A stretch of 64,000 bases of DNA from the NCBI GenBank assembly GCA_030264375.1, contig JASCQW010000098.1:45550077-45614076 (forward strand), read 5' to 3'. The translations under genes and the position numbers were made by a program. Source of the DNA: Carcharhinus longimanus. Taxonomy: Eukaryota. The notes under the pieces were generated by a model. The model was given only the letters and a program-made list of their open reading frames with translations. It made no database searches and was not told the origin of the DNA. Below, piece by piece: positions 1 to 12,500 of the stretch (within the stretch, counting starts at the first letter, position 1; every line of letters starts with the position of its first letter).

Positions 1-48
1 ACACCCTCCATCCCACTCCTCCCCAAACACCCTCCATCCCACTCCTCC
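1..48. repeat. 26-bp C-rich tandem repeat (~1.9 copies, probably continues upstream)
   Basis: acaccctccatcccactcctcc occurs at 1-22 and again at 27-48. Confidence 0.85.
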
Positions 49-520
49 GCGAGGCACAGAGGGGCTGCCCTCTCAGACACAACCCGTGCTAATTGTGTGC
101 CATTCCGCTGGCCGCCGCAAGGGGCAGTGGCGGCGCTGCTGCTCAGGTCCCGCCTCCTGCTCCCCTCCTCCTCCTGCCCGCAGCTGGATGGCCGGGAGCG
201 GAGCGGCGGCTCACACATCCGCGGTTCGAGTCCGCCCGCCGTCGGGAGCAACTTGCCAAGTTTCAGCGCTAGCCGCGCTCTCTGAGAGAGTTTTTTTGGT
301 GTTGTTTTTGTTGTGTTTTCTTTCCCTCCCTCCTCTTAACGAGTAGTTTTTCTCTCTCTCTTTCTGTGTGTTGGTCGGGACAGGAGGAGAGGATCGTGTG
401 AACAAGAGATCTTGTGTTGTGTGAGGAGAAAGTATCAGCGGGAGCATTAAAGGGGCCACTTGGAAGGAATATTCCCGTCAACCGGGAGCAAAACATCGGC
501 TTCAGCCGTCTGGATGGAGG
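47..520 (+). promoter_or_regulatory. CpG-rich promoter / 5' UTR of the mastermind-like gene
   Basis: Dense CpG and GC-box-like motifs (cccgcc ~148, ccgccc ~232) at 47-280, against a CpG-depleted background; lies just upstream of the coding exon. TSS not determinable. Confidence 0.75.
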
Positions 521-691
521 TGGATTAAATAATGCAAAGTGTTTTTGTGATTTTTAATCCAAACAAAAGGGAATCCGAGACTTTAATTTTAAATATATGT
601 TTAAGTGTGAATATATTGCCAGCTCTGTGGTGAAATAAGAGACATCCGCAGGGTGAAGAAACTTGTCAGCATTGTGGGCTGGGGGGTGAGG

Positions 692-1027
692 ATGGGGGAT
701 TATAACATGCCCACAAACCCCAAGCACANNNNNNNNNNNNNNNNNNNNNNNNNNNNNNNNNNNNNNNNNNNNNNNNNNNNNNNNNNNNNNNNNNNNNNNN
801 NNNNNNNNNNNNNNNNNNNNNNNNNNNNNNNNNNNNNNNNNNNNNNNNNNNNNNNNNNNNNNNNNNNNNNNNNNNNNNNNNNNNNNNNNNNNNNNNNNNN
901 NNNNNNNNNNNNNNNNNNNNNNNNNNNNNNNNNNNNNNNNNNNNNNNNNNNNNNNNNNNNNNNNNNNNNNGAACAGCCCCCAGCACCTAACGCACCCACT
1001 GAACACAGGAATCTCACCCTGATCGCC
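692..1027 (+). CDS. MAML2: Coding exon 1 of a mastermind-like transcriptional co-activator (MAML family; MAML2 best guess, MAML3/MAMLD1 possible); centre hidden in the N gap 729-970
   Basis: Kozak-like aggATGG at 692. MGD..PKH(S) resembles the MAML N-termini as I recall them (MAML3 MGD..PKHSTVVERLR, MAML2 MGD..HSAIVERLR). After the gap, in frame, EQPPAPNAPTEHRNLTLIA resembles the exon-1 ends of MAML2 (EQQPPASTPGDQRNSALIA) and MAML3 (AEQRNHTLIM). Followed by a strong phase-0 donor GCC|GTAAGT at 1028. Family confident, paralogue uncertain. Confidence 0.72.
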
Positions 1028-2029
1028 GTAAGTTCCCTTCCTTCCTTCACCCCTTGCACCTTAGCTTCACAAAACAACCAAAAACAGACAGGCACCGTGT
1101 GTTGATCTATTTGGAATTCCTTTTGTTGTTGCTTTGGTTTTGTTCTGCATCAGGTTTTATCTATATATGTTATATATAAAATGTTGCAGTTAGACTTTGG
1201 AAAGTGTCTCTTCAAATCCCTGCGTTTTTTCCAGCCTGTTGACAGACTTTACTTAACATGATTTATGTGAAATTGCGAAGAGCAAAATGTCAGTTTGGTT
1301 TTATCTCTTAAGAAATATCCATTGTAAAAGCTGTCCCTGTTTTTGAAAGGGCCTGTGCCACAAGTATTCTAACCATATTTCTCAGATAAGACTTATGGAA
1401 CTTTAAATAAATTAAAGAGGCCCGGTCCATTGACTCCCTAATCTGTTTTGTGAAATAATAAGCAGTGACCTGTGTGGAGGGTTCAATCTTTGGTGTGTAC
1501 TTTCAAAAAGCCTGTCTGTACTGAATTGAATGACCCCCACATCCCATTGGAAGAAACAGTCAAGCAGACATGTGATCAATAAATTGAATGTGCTCACTCA
1601 AAACTTCTGAATTGGCTAATAAATTGCACCTGCTTATATTAATGGTTGTAAACATTAGGATAAGAATTGTTTGGATTTCAGCAAGTTTGTTGATGTTTTT
1701 ATCTATGATTTTGAATAACAGTCATTGTGTGTGTTGTACAGAATAGCAAACGGCAATTAGGAGATAAAAGGCAGTTATATAATTCCCAGGCTCTGGATTG
1801 ATGTATTTTGCCCAAATTATGTTTCTCTGGTATTTGCACTTATTAGTCGTGTAGGTGGTTTGCACCTTACTCATAACTGTCTGCTAGTGTTTATCTGTAT
1901 GAAAGATAAGTTTCTCAGTCAACTGAACACTTTTTAAAGGTACGGCATATCACCAGGACTAAAATATGTTGACATTGGTACATAGGCACTTTGAGTCACA
2001 GTTTTGTGAAAAAGACATTTCAATATTGT

Positions 2030-2400
2030 ACATTTTTCCCATTTATTTTCTCCCTTGTCCTCTCCTTCTGAAAGTGTTGGTTTCTAATGGGAGAATGACT
2101 CCATTGCATAGTTGTCCTCCATATATTATCCAAGTTCCATTATTTTTGTGAGCTTGACGATGAATGTCAGTAGGTTATTTGACTGGCAGCAAGAGGAGCA
2201 TATCGTATCTGTGTCTCATTCTGTTCTTTTCTGATGTCCACATATGCATATTTCCAACCGACTTTGCTCAGTATTGAACTGGAATCCTAGTGATTTTTTT
2301 TCTTGCATAACCCAGAGGTGTCGAGGCCATTTGTAGTGTTCCTGTTGTACTCTGGCTGAGTTCAGTTAGTGAGTACAGAAAATAGATCATTTCGGGGAAC
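2030..2400 (-). mobile_element. Old tRNA-derived SINE, unnamed family
   Basis: Shares motifs (cctaacccagaggtg, ggccaattgtag, ggctgagttcag) with copies near 8820-9140(+), 15790-16170(-), 19870-20090(-), 36790-36850 plus 38655-38905(+), 50900-51110(-). Confidence 0.5.
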
Positions 2401-2446
2401 TACTCAGTCTCACTTAGTTACTCATTGCATAAACTCGAGACGAATA

Positions 2447-2448
<2 letters not shown>

Positions 2449-2484
<36 letters not shown>
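2449..2484. repeat. (GT)18 microsatellite
   Basis: Direct read. Confidence 0.95.
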
Positions 2485-2486
<2 letters not shown>

Positions 2487-3339
2487 TTATATAAATAGTT
2501 ACAAGCTGTAATTCACTCAAGCAATTGTGATGACATCTCAAACTGTGAAGTTGAAGCTTTAGCAGATTATAAGGTTCAGCATGACATTGAGATTGAATTA
2601 CGGCCTTAAAGTCAATGCCAGCTATTTGTTTTTGTATCATTATTACTAGTCGAAATCACTTTCTCCAAAAGCTGCTCATTGACACTACTTTTCATAAAAC
2701 AAATAATTCTACAAATTTCAGATTTATAAAACAGAAAAATGGTATCTAGGAATAAACATAAACAAATGTAAGAGAATTAAAAAGTACAGTAATTATATGT
2801 ATATCAGTGTACATAATGTTGGCAAATGGCTTATCGAGGACATGAGATCTCTACTCTCAGAACAATCAGATTAAGTGAAGGTTCTTTTGTATTGTACCAA
2901 TACATCTGTGTGATATCTTAACCCATTTCAAATTACTGTCACCATTTAGCATCACCTTTGGTAGAATTGTAATCATTGGGATTTTAATCTAGCATTCTTT
3001 TGCTCAAAACATTCTTTCCAGACACACTTACTCCAGGATGTTTATCACAGTTTGGGTGCTTAAAATGTGAAAAATTAACACTCAGCATTACACTTGCTTT
3101 TAAGTCCTAATGTACATACATTTTGAATACACGTATAACTTTGGACAGCTTAATAATGGAGGATGAAAACTCGGATGTAAAAGGAATCCAATTAATTATC
3201 ATTCAGATAGTGAACAGAAGTTCTGTGACATGGATTTTCTTTCAAAGGAGAAATGTCTATATTAAATAATCTTACCAGACCATGAGAGATGGATTGGTGA
3301 CAGTAAAGGTGGGGTAATACCGGAATATATGATAGTAGG

Positions 3340-3700
3340 AGCTGTTGTAGAATTATTGACTCTCTCAAGCTTAACAATCTCAACCGTAAAACTTTAAGTT
3401 GACTCAGCACCCACAGCCTTTTGAGGGGAATGGAGTTCCAGATTTCCATTGATCTTTATGTCAACAGTGTTTGCTGCTTTTACACATTAACGGCTGAGCT
3501 CTCATTTTAAGATTATGCTTTCTTGTTTTGGATTTGCCATCAGAAAAAATTGTTTCTCTGTATCTACTCAATTGAATCCCTTTATAATTTTAAACACCTT
3601 GATCGCCCACAATGTTTGAAACTCAAGGGAATCCAAACCAAAATTAGGCAACTTGTGCTCATAAATTAGCCCTTTAAATTTTGGTATCATTCTAGGTGAA
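3340..3700 (-). mobile_element. CR1/HER1 LINE 3' fragment
   Basis: Minus ORFs resemble the CR1 ORF2 C-terminus (..LGLDSLEF.. KVFKIIKGF; EIWNSIP). Confidence 0.75.
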
Positions 3701-3949
3701 AGGGTAATGAAGCTGAGATACATAGAATCAACTACAATACTGTGTGGCTCCATCAAATTCCTGAGTTTGAAAATACAGTGGGGCCTCAATATCTGTCGGG
3801 NNNNNNNNNNNNNNNNNNNNNNNNNNNNNNNNNNNNNNNNNNNNGAGACTCCTGAACTGCTTTTTCTAGCAAGAACTGTTAATGAGTTGTTAATGAATGT
3901 ATTTCATGAGCAATGTTTGCTTTAATGCTTGAAAATATTAAGAAAATAA

Positions 3950-4325
3950 ATAATTTGTATATATTTAGCACCTTTAGACTGCATCAAAACACTTCACATC
4001 TAGTGTTTCACTTAGAAGTCATTAATCTTGTGTAACAAAGTGACAACTAATTTGTGCACTGTAGTGATCAGTTAATCTGTTTTTGACATTGCAAGAATGT
4101 TGACCAGAACAATCCCCTACTTGTTTAAATAATATCATGAGATTTTTACATTCATCTCATCAGGCAGACAGTCACAGTTTAATGTCTCATCTGAAAGACA
4201 ACACTGCAAGAACCATAGGGCTGTTTGAGGACACCACAAAGTATTAGTTTAGATTATATACTGGAAGAACAAGGCTTGAGCTCACAAACTTCTGACCCTG
4301 CGCTGAGCCTGCTACTACTCAGCCA
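3950..4325 (-). mobile_element. DeuSINE (SacSINE1-like), decayed
   Basis: gtttaatgtctcatctgaaagac core; similar to 18890-19160, 22295-22500, 63160-63409. Confidence 0.6.
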
Positions 4326-6458
4326 ACCTGACCCTTTAGGATTATACAGAGAATAATAGCCTAGTTTCATGTAGCAAGACCATCAGCATCTGAAAAGAGA
4401 AAATAGGTTAACTCGCTCAACTTTCACCTATAATTCTCCAGTTGGTATATTGTGGGGAGAATGTGTTTTAATGCCAGGCAAGTTTTGTTGTAAGAGCTTG
4501 TTTCCAATTTTAAAAGAAAGTTATTTGTTTTTTTTTATCAGATTTGATACTGGATGTAAAAAGAACTCAACCTATTGAACCTGACTTTCTCATTAGAATA
4601 GTTTTATTTTGCAAAACTCCTGCTGAATTTTAAAATGTTTTCAGTCAAAAACAGATTGTTGTTAAAAAATCTATTAGTTCTTTAACCTAAATTTGAGATT
4701 GGTTTGAATCAGACCTCAAATAGCTAATTTTGTTTGGACACTGTTTCTGTAAATGTTTGTTTAGCAAGCCTTTTTCAAATGTTCCTGTACTCTAAGTTAA
4801 TCATTAATAAAGTATTAGTCCATGACAGATATATTTCACAAATTCTAAGGGTTCAGGACATATATTGTACTTATCAGAAAATAGTTTATGTTACTTTGAC
4901 TATTTTGGCTAATTTCTTAGGCTTTGTTTAAATCACATGTTTAACATTAACCTGGATATCATGGTAAAAATGATGGTGTGACTATCAGCCTTACGAAAGA
5001 ATAAATTGGACAGTAACTTCCCTATGTGCGCAGTTAACTGCGCAAATCAGGAAGGTGTTCTTCGAATTCCTGGCTCCTTGAGAAGATTTGTTGTAACATT
5101 ACTTCACCAAGAGACTCGGCATTGAAATACCTGCAATGGTGTGAAGTTATGTGCCAGTAAGATAGGTACTCACTGGTATTCCATTTCACTATAAATTGAT
5201 TTTAGCGATGTGACAAGTTTTAATTACTATGAAACAACCTTTCTCTTTTTTTTTGTTTTTAATCCCTTTTAATCATACCTTTCGGTCTCTCTCTTAATTT
5301 TTGTACATGATTATACATTTAGTTAACTATTCAAGCACATACATTCTGATTCAGACTCTATGGCTAAGACTTTCAAAGGACTCCAGTGTTGGGACCCAGT
5401 GTGGGTGGACTTTAAAATTGTAACACCTCTGAGACAGTTTCCAATTTTCCAAGGACCACGGGGCTGAGGGAGCAGGGAACATGCTCACTGCCAATTAACA
5501 GCCACCTAAAACTTCTTAAAGAGGCCTTTCAGGAACAGAATGCAATATTCAAATTTTTTTCAGGGAAGCCCCAAACAATCTTGTGCACATTTGTGCACAA
5601 AACTGTCATGGGGACTAAATACATTTTTTGGGTGATTCTTGAGTCCAATCTATGGGCCAACTAGTGCCGGTAAGCTCATTGGTGTTACCCTGTAATGCAA
5701 GGCTGCTGCCTGCCTTGCTGTACCTTCTGAGGTGCTGCTTGCTCAAAACAGTGAGCCCCCAACCTGACTGCCACTTGCCTTTGTTACTGATGCCAGGCAG
5801 GTAGCTCCTGTCCCCGGGGGGCACATGGTGCCTCCAGTTAGTTGCTGAGCTCATCTACTGGCCACTGAGGTCATTTAAATTTAACATCGTGTCATGAGAG
5901 CAACGCAGCTTAGGCATAGGTTTGGGACCCAGGATGCATCCAGGTGTTGGGACCCAGATCCTACATTGAAAATCTGGTCCAGTGTCTGTGTGATAGGTTA
6001 ATGGAATATGGAGCTGCTTCCTTCCTCGAAGAGCCCAAATCCCCATAAAAAGCACTGTGCTGCTTTGACTCACTAATCACAGCAAGTTTCAGCACAAAAG
6101 CCCATAGGAAAGCTTGTGGGCGAGGGAATGCACGTGAAATAAACAACAGGTGCCATTCCTTCACTGTTGACTGAAAANNNNNNNNNNNNNNNNNNNNNNN
6201 NNNNNNNCAGGGTTATTATGCTTGCATTGATGTCCAGTTTCTAAAGCTATTCCTGTTGGCATGGAATCTCAACAAAATGCCTTATTGTACATCTTTCCCT
6301 TGTAAATTTCATTTCAAGGTACTAAAGATTAGAAAGAAACGTAGCAAATAATTTGAAGCAAGATTATTCTGAAGCATTTGTTAACTGATCAAATATAACA
6401 TTTTTGTTTTAAAATGACAAAAGCTTTATTTTCATTCTCAATGAAATCTCTCTCTCTC

Positions 6459-6554
6459 TCACTTTCCTCTTAATTGACTGGTAGATACAGAGATATACAC
6501 AGGTGCTCTCTCTCTATATCTCTGGTATCTACCAGTCAATTAAGAGGAAAGTGA
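6459..6554. repeat. Near-perfect inverted repeat / hairpin (30-bp perfect arms + 9 bp, 17-nt loop)
   Basis: 6459-6488 is the exact reverse complement of 6525-6554; agagatata/tatatctct extends the stem past a 1-nt bulge. Confidence 0.95.
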
Positions 6555-6996
6555 ATGCACTTTTTTATAACTTGAAAATGAAGGTGATTAGAAAACCAAC
6601 TAACTTGTACTGCAGTCAGACAAGTATTTCTTTATATCTTTCCAGGGTAAAGATGAACATTTCAGACATAACAAGATTGTGAGACTGAAATAATGTTGTA
6701 CTAAGTCCTGAAAAGATATTGGAGGTGATGAGTATTGTTATTCCTGCTGGGTTAACTTGAAAACTACTGGACTGGAAGTTGGTGGTAGAGTTCTGCCAGT
6801 AATTAGAAGATTTCCACTGCACCCTGAAGATAATTAATTGAATGCAAATGAATTCTGTATTATATCTGTTAATTCCCACCCCCAGCTCCATGTTAAAAAT
6901 TCCTAAATTTGGCAATGTTAATAATTGACTAATATATCAGTCTGTTACATACAGTAAGGATTGTATTGTAATTTTTGTAGGGTTTAAGTGACATCA

Positions 6997-7318
6997 GGGC
7001 AGCACAGTAGCACAGTGGTTAGCACTGCTGCTTCACAGCTCCAGGGACCTGGTTTCAGTTCCCAGCTTGGGTCACCGTCTGTATGGAGTTTGCACGTATT
7101 TGCGTGGGTTTCCTCCGGGTGCTCCGGTTTCCTCCCACAGTCCAAAGATGTGCGGGTTAGGTTTATTGCCCATGCTAAGTTGTCTGTAGATGCATAGGTT
7201 AGAGGATTAGTGGGTAAAAAAAGTATGGATATGAGGGTAGGGCCTGGGTGGGATTCTGGTTGGTACAGACTCGATGGGCTGAATGGCCTCTCTCTGTACT
7301 GTAGGGTTTCTGTGATCT
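6997..7318 (+). mobile_element. HE1 (V-SINE) full-length
   Basis: tRNA-like head tagcacagtggttagc, V-core gtgggtttcctccgggtgctccggtttcctcccacagtccaaag, HER1-like tail. Confidence 0.9.
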
Positions 7319-8819
7319 TCTTTGAACATGAGATTTCAGCTCATTCAAAACCCATTCAGTTGCTCAAATTTAGTCAGGTTGCACAAGTCACAAAAACAAA
7401 GATATCAGTGTTGCAAAAGATTTCATATGTTTGAAACATGCTCCATTCTATGGTCTTGGCGGCTGGCTTATTCAGTATTAAACAAATATTTGGCTGCCTC
7501 AGTTGATGTCTGATTTGTACTGAATTATTACATTTTGTTATTTCTTCTCTAGAGCCATGCTTTGAAACTAGCCCAGAGTTTCCTCTTCCTGCTGGTTCCA
7601 AATCTGAACTTTGCTCGGGCAGTCCTAGATCAGTTTATGGTGGGCAGTGGGCCCAGACCACAAAGTTGGTCATCATTTTAATTAACATTAAATTGGTAGT
7701 TGCACTTGGGCCATAAGAGTGGTTTGCATGGAATATGGGCAAGATCACACAGGCACTACTTTGACGGGGTTAAACTGAGCTTTCAGCTTTGGGAAGCTGT
7801 ACGTACTCGGAGTGGCAACTTTGGCACAGATCACAAGCAGAGACCTGTGTTTATTTCCAAGAATGATACACAATAAAATAGGTCACAATTAATTTTATTT
7901 CTAGGAACACTTCCTTGCTGATTTTCTATACTCCTCGGCTTTCCAGAAGGCTTTGGTGCATACCCGTCATCTGATCCCACAGACGCCAATCACCGTCCAG
8001 TGACTTGGTGCCTGCTACGTAAATGCGAGCTTTTCTTAGATCCGGCTGCATTGTCTGCTGTGCTGACTGAAAACAGTTAACCCTTATAGAGACCAGTGAT
8101 CAAACCTGGAACCTCTTGGCTTGTTACTCATTGGGTAACTTTCTTGGACTGTTGGGAAGTCAGTTCATATGTTTAAATAAAAATAAACGATTGCCAATCA
8201 AAAATGAGTGACATCCAGCATGTCTGGGAGTCGAGGGAGCTGTCTCCCTGCAGCAGACCATGACCTGAGTGCTTGATGCTGCTACTGTGTATCCAGATTG
8301 AAAAACTGTTCCATGCTTTGACACAAAAAATCCTTCTATTAATGAAAACAAAAAATATGGTAAATAATTTGATACCCCATTACTTGACCAGACTGATGAG
8401 TTTTTATATCACTATCCATAACAAGATGATTAGACGTGCTGTGTAAATAATATGAAACAATTACATGATTCAGTTGTATTTTATTTTAAAACATATTTTG
8501 ACATCAAATGCCTTGATAAAATGTGAGGAGATGTGTAATTAAAACTTCGTCAAAAAAGTGTTTCTGTTTAATCATTTGAATCAAATGTCTTGACTTTTTT
8601 CTCCCAGTTACTTCTATAAACACAGTGCACTTAATTGACTGTATTAATATTAATGGGTAATTTTGATAACATTTTGATTTTCCAGTAGTTTACACCCACT
8701 TGTGTACACAGCACTACTTGAGTTTCTGAATTTGGTTAAATTCAACTGAGTGACAGATCAGTAATATGATAGTCAGGATGCACTGTTTCGTGAGATTAAA
8801 AATGCAGTCCTACCACCCG

Positions 8820-9140
8820 TTGATGGCTAGCAGAGTCAATAGGTGCCAGATTTGATTCCCAGTTTCTGTTGAGTAGCTGATCCGAGTTAGAGTGGTAGTT
8901 GGAGCTGTACAATTGGCTTCAACATCTCTGGAGCAAGAGGGGTATGCCCATTGATTGTGTTGGGACTTTGGCTGGGTTCAGGCTAAAACTTTGTTGCGAT
9001 GCCCCGACAATAGTCTGTGGATATTCATTGTCTAGGTTCCTATGTGAAGAATAGCTACGAGGACAGAGTAATGAAGGATTGCTCACATGTGGGATTGTAC
9101 TTGGTTATGGACTTTTGAAGAGGAAAGGAAATCTAGGGAG
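8820..9140 (+). mobile_element. Old tRNA-derived SINE (same family as 2030-2400)
   Basis: Degenerate B box and acaattggcttcaacatctctgg motif. Confidence 0.5.
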
Positions 9141-9519
9141 AATGTTAATTTAGAAATGAAGTCTGTTTTTTCAGTACCTTTGAATATCTTTAGAAAAAGT
9201 GATTCAGATACAGAAACAAAATGTTTGTGCATAGTATTATGGTTCAGGCCATGACAATGCAGATTATTTAGACGTGCAGAAGTCTCATTATTGTGAAAGT
9301 AATGAGAATGTAGCAAGCCATTAATGTATTGTGATACTTATAAGCTATTATGTACCATCACTGACCATATCTAATGCCCGTGTTTATGCCTTTATATATT
9401 TCATGCTGTTATCTATTGCAATTATATGCCAGGTATTTGGATTAGCAATATTGAAACTCCTGTAAACATTCTTTATCAGCTTTTGAAGCAACATTTGACT
9501 GAGACTGGTTGTTGAGAAT

Positions 9520-12500
9520 GAAGCAGTGAGGGAAAGTTCATGTGAGGGAAGATATGGTAAATTAGAAGAAAAGAACAAGGCAAGAGAGCAAGGTATTAAG
9601 GGTAACCATAAAGGTAAAGTCACCATAGTTCCAGATGACCATAGGCTGCTCTCCACTTTGAGGGAGAGAGCTGACTGGTGGTGATTTTANNNNNNNNNNN
9701 NNNNNNNNNNNNNNNNNNNNNNNNNNNNNNNNNNNNNNNNNNNNNNNNNNNNNNNNNNNNNNNNNNNNNNNNNNNNNNNNNNNNNNNNNNNNNNNNNNNN
9801 NNNNNNNNNNNNNNNNNNNNNNNNNNNNNNNNNNNNNNNNNNNNNNNNNNNNNNNNNNNNNNNNNNNNNNNNNNNNNNNNNNNNNNNNNNNNNNNNNNNN
9901 NNNNNNNNNNNTGGGATTAGCTTAGGGGTTTAAAAAAAAGGGGCAGCATGGACAAGTTGGGCGAAGGGCCTGTTTCCATGCTGTAAACCTCTATGACCTA
10001 AGGCAAGGGGCAAGGTTGAGAAGGCGGGCCTTAACGAATAACCACAGCTGGCACGGGAATTGAACCCACACTGTTGGCATTGCTCTGCTTCACAAACCAG
10101 CTGTCCAGCCAACTGAGCTAACTGATTCCCTAAGGGTAACAATAAGCAGAGTGAACAAACTTAAGAGTGTGGCAGCATATAAGGCCATGTTTGCAAAAAT
10201 AGTAAAAAGTCAGAACTAAAGGCTTTGTATCAGAATGCCTGTTGCATTTGCACAAAATGGATGTATTGTTGCTCAAATCAAAATAAATACGTATGACCAA
10301 ATAGTCATCACAGAGATATGGTTGCAAGCTGATAAAGGCTGGGACCTGATTATTCAAGACTACTTAATAGAATAGGAAGCTAGGAAACAGTAGTGGGGTA
10401 ACTCTGTTAATTAAGGATGACATTAGTACAATAAAGAGAGATGACCTTTGTTCTTACGAAAACGTAGAATCAATTGGGATAGAGGTAAAAAGGTAGCAAA
10501 GCTAGGAAATCACTTGTGAGAATATCTTCTCGGCTTAACAGTAGCTGCACTTTAGGAGGGGATACACAGGAAGAAATAATGGGGGCTTGTGAGAAAGGTA
10601 TGTCAATAATTGTGGATAATTTTAATCTACACAGATTGGACAAATCAGATTGACACAGGTAACCAGGAAGATGAGTTCATTTTCAGGATAGTTTCTTGGA
10701 GCAGCACATTCTGGAGCCAATCAGAGAATAGGCTATTCTGGGCCTGGTAGTGTGCACTGAGGTATATTTAGTTAATGATCTCGTAACAAAGGTGTCTCCA
10801 GATAGCAGTGATAACATGGTTGAATCCCTCATTCAGTATGAGGGAACGAAGAATGAGAAGTATGGGTCTAAAGCTAGTGGTTTAAACTTAATTACAAAGG
10901 TATGAAGACAGATTTAGCTAACGTGAATTGAGAAAATAGATTAAAGAAAACAGGACAGTAGAGAAACAGTGGGCCGCATTTAGGAAATATTCCATAACAC
11001 TCAGCAAAGAGGTATTCCATTGAGAAAGTGAGATACTCGGAGAAAGATGCCCTGTCTTTGGCTAACTAAGGAAGTTAAAGATAGTATCGTATTGAAAGAA
11101 AAAGCATACAATGTTGCAAAAGTTAGTGGTTTGTCAGAAAATTGGACAGATTTTAAAAATCAGCAGATACCTAAAAAAGTAACAAGGAGGGAGAAATTGG
11201 AATGCGAGAGAAAGCTGGCTGGAAATATAGAATCATAAGCTATAAAAACATATAGTAAGAATTTCTGGAAATATTAGAGAGTAATTAAACTGAGCTTTGG
11301 TCCCTTAGAGGGCAAGACTGGGGAATTAATAATGGGAAACAAGCAAATGTTGAACAGGCATTTTGTGTTTATCTCTGCTGCAGAAGAGACAAAAAACATA
11401 CTTGAAAATCAAAAGGTAAAAGGGAGGCAGGAGCTTAAATCAATCACAATCACTAAGGAACAGGCACTGCGAAAACTATTAGAATTAAAGGTTGATAAGC
11501 CCTCTTGATCAGATGGCTTTTATCCTCCTGTCTCAAAAAAGAAGTGACTGCTGAGATAGTGGATGCATTGGTTGTAATCTTCCTAGACTCTGGAATGGTC
11601 CCAGTGGTTTGGAAAATCATTACTGTAACACTTCCATTTAAGGGAGAGAGACAGGGAACTATAGACCAGGTAGCCTAACATTTTCTATCTACATCAATGA
11701 CTTGGAAGGGACTGAATGTATGGTAACTAAATTTGTTGAAAACACAAAGGTGGGAAAGTAAATTGTCAATTGCAAAGACTACAGAGGGATTTAGATAGTT
11801 TGAGTGAATGAACAAAAAAATGGCAGATGGAGAATCATGTGGAAAAATGTGAACTTGTCCACTTTGGCAGGAAGCATAGAAAAAAAGTATATTACTAGAA
11901 TAGAACGAGACTGCAGAACTGTATGGTATAGAGCGATGTGGGTGCCCTGGTACGTAAATCATAAAAAGTTGGTATGCAGGTCTAACAAGTGGTCAGGAAG
12001 ACAAATGGAATGTTGGCACTTGCAAGTCCAATGGAATATAAAAGTACAGAAGTTATGCTACAATTGTACAGCTGAGACCACATCTGGTGTACTGTGTGCA
12101 GTTTTGGTTCCTTTAAGAAAGGATGCAAAGGTATGAGAAGCAGTTAAGAGAAATTTCACTGCACTGATTCCTGAGAAGGAGGGGTTTAATTATGAGAAAA
12201 GGTTAGGCCTGAACTCATTGGATTTTAGAAGAATGAGAGATGATCTGATTGAAATATCCTGAGGGGACTGACATGATGGCTGCTGGGAGGATGTTTGTCC
12301 TTGTGGGGGAGTCTAGAACCAGGGGATCCAGATTAAAGATTAGGGGCCTTCCCTTTAAGACTGATGTAAGGAGAAATTTATTTTCTCAGAGGGACGTTAG
12401 TCTGTAGAATTCTCTTTGCAAGAGAGCAGTAGAGGATGGGTCACTGAAAATGCTGAATTCGAGAGATTTTTGACCAGCAAGGGAATCAAGATTTAGCGGG

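Noticed and set aside
86-496. ORFs of 62-86 aa over the CpG-rich region
   Set aside because: No recognisable protein; expected in GC-rich or low-complexity UTR sequence
686-691. Donor-like GGG|GTGAGG suggesting a non-coding exon 1
   Set aside because: It sits just before the ATG of a recognisable coding exon with a better donor at 1028
554-1095. Minus-strand ORFs spanning the N gap
   Set aside because: Their length comes from Ns; only the + frame has MAML motifs and a donor
10050-10130. tRNA-gene-like A/B boxes here and in other SINE heads
   Set aside because: They continue into SINE bodies; no convincing cloverleaf, so not tRNA genes
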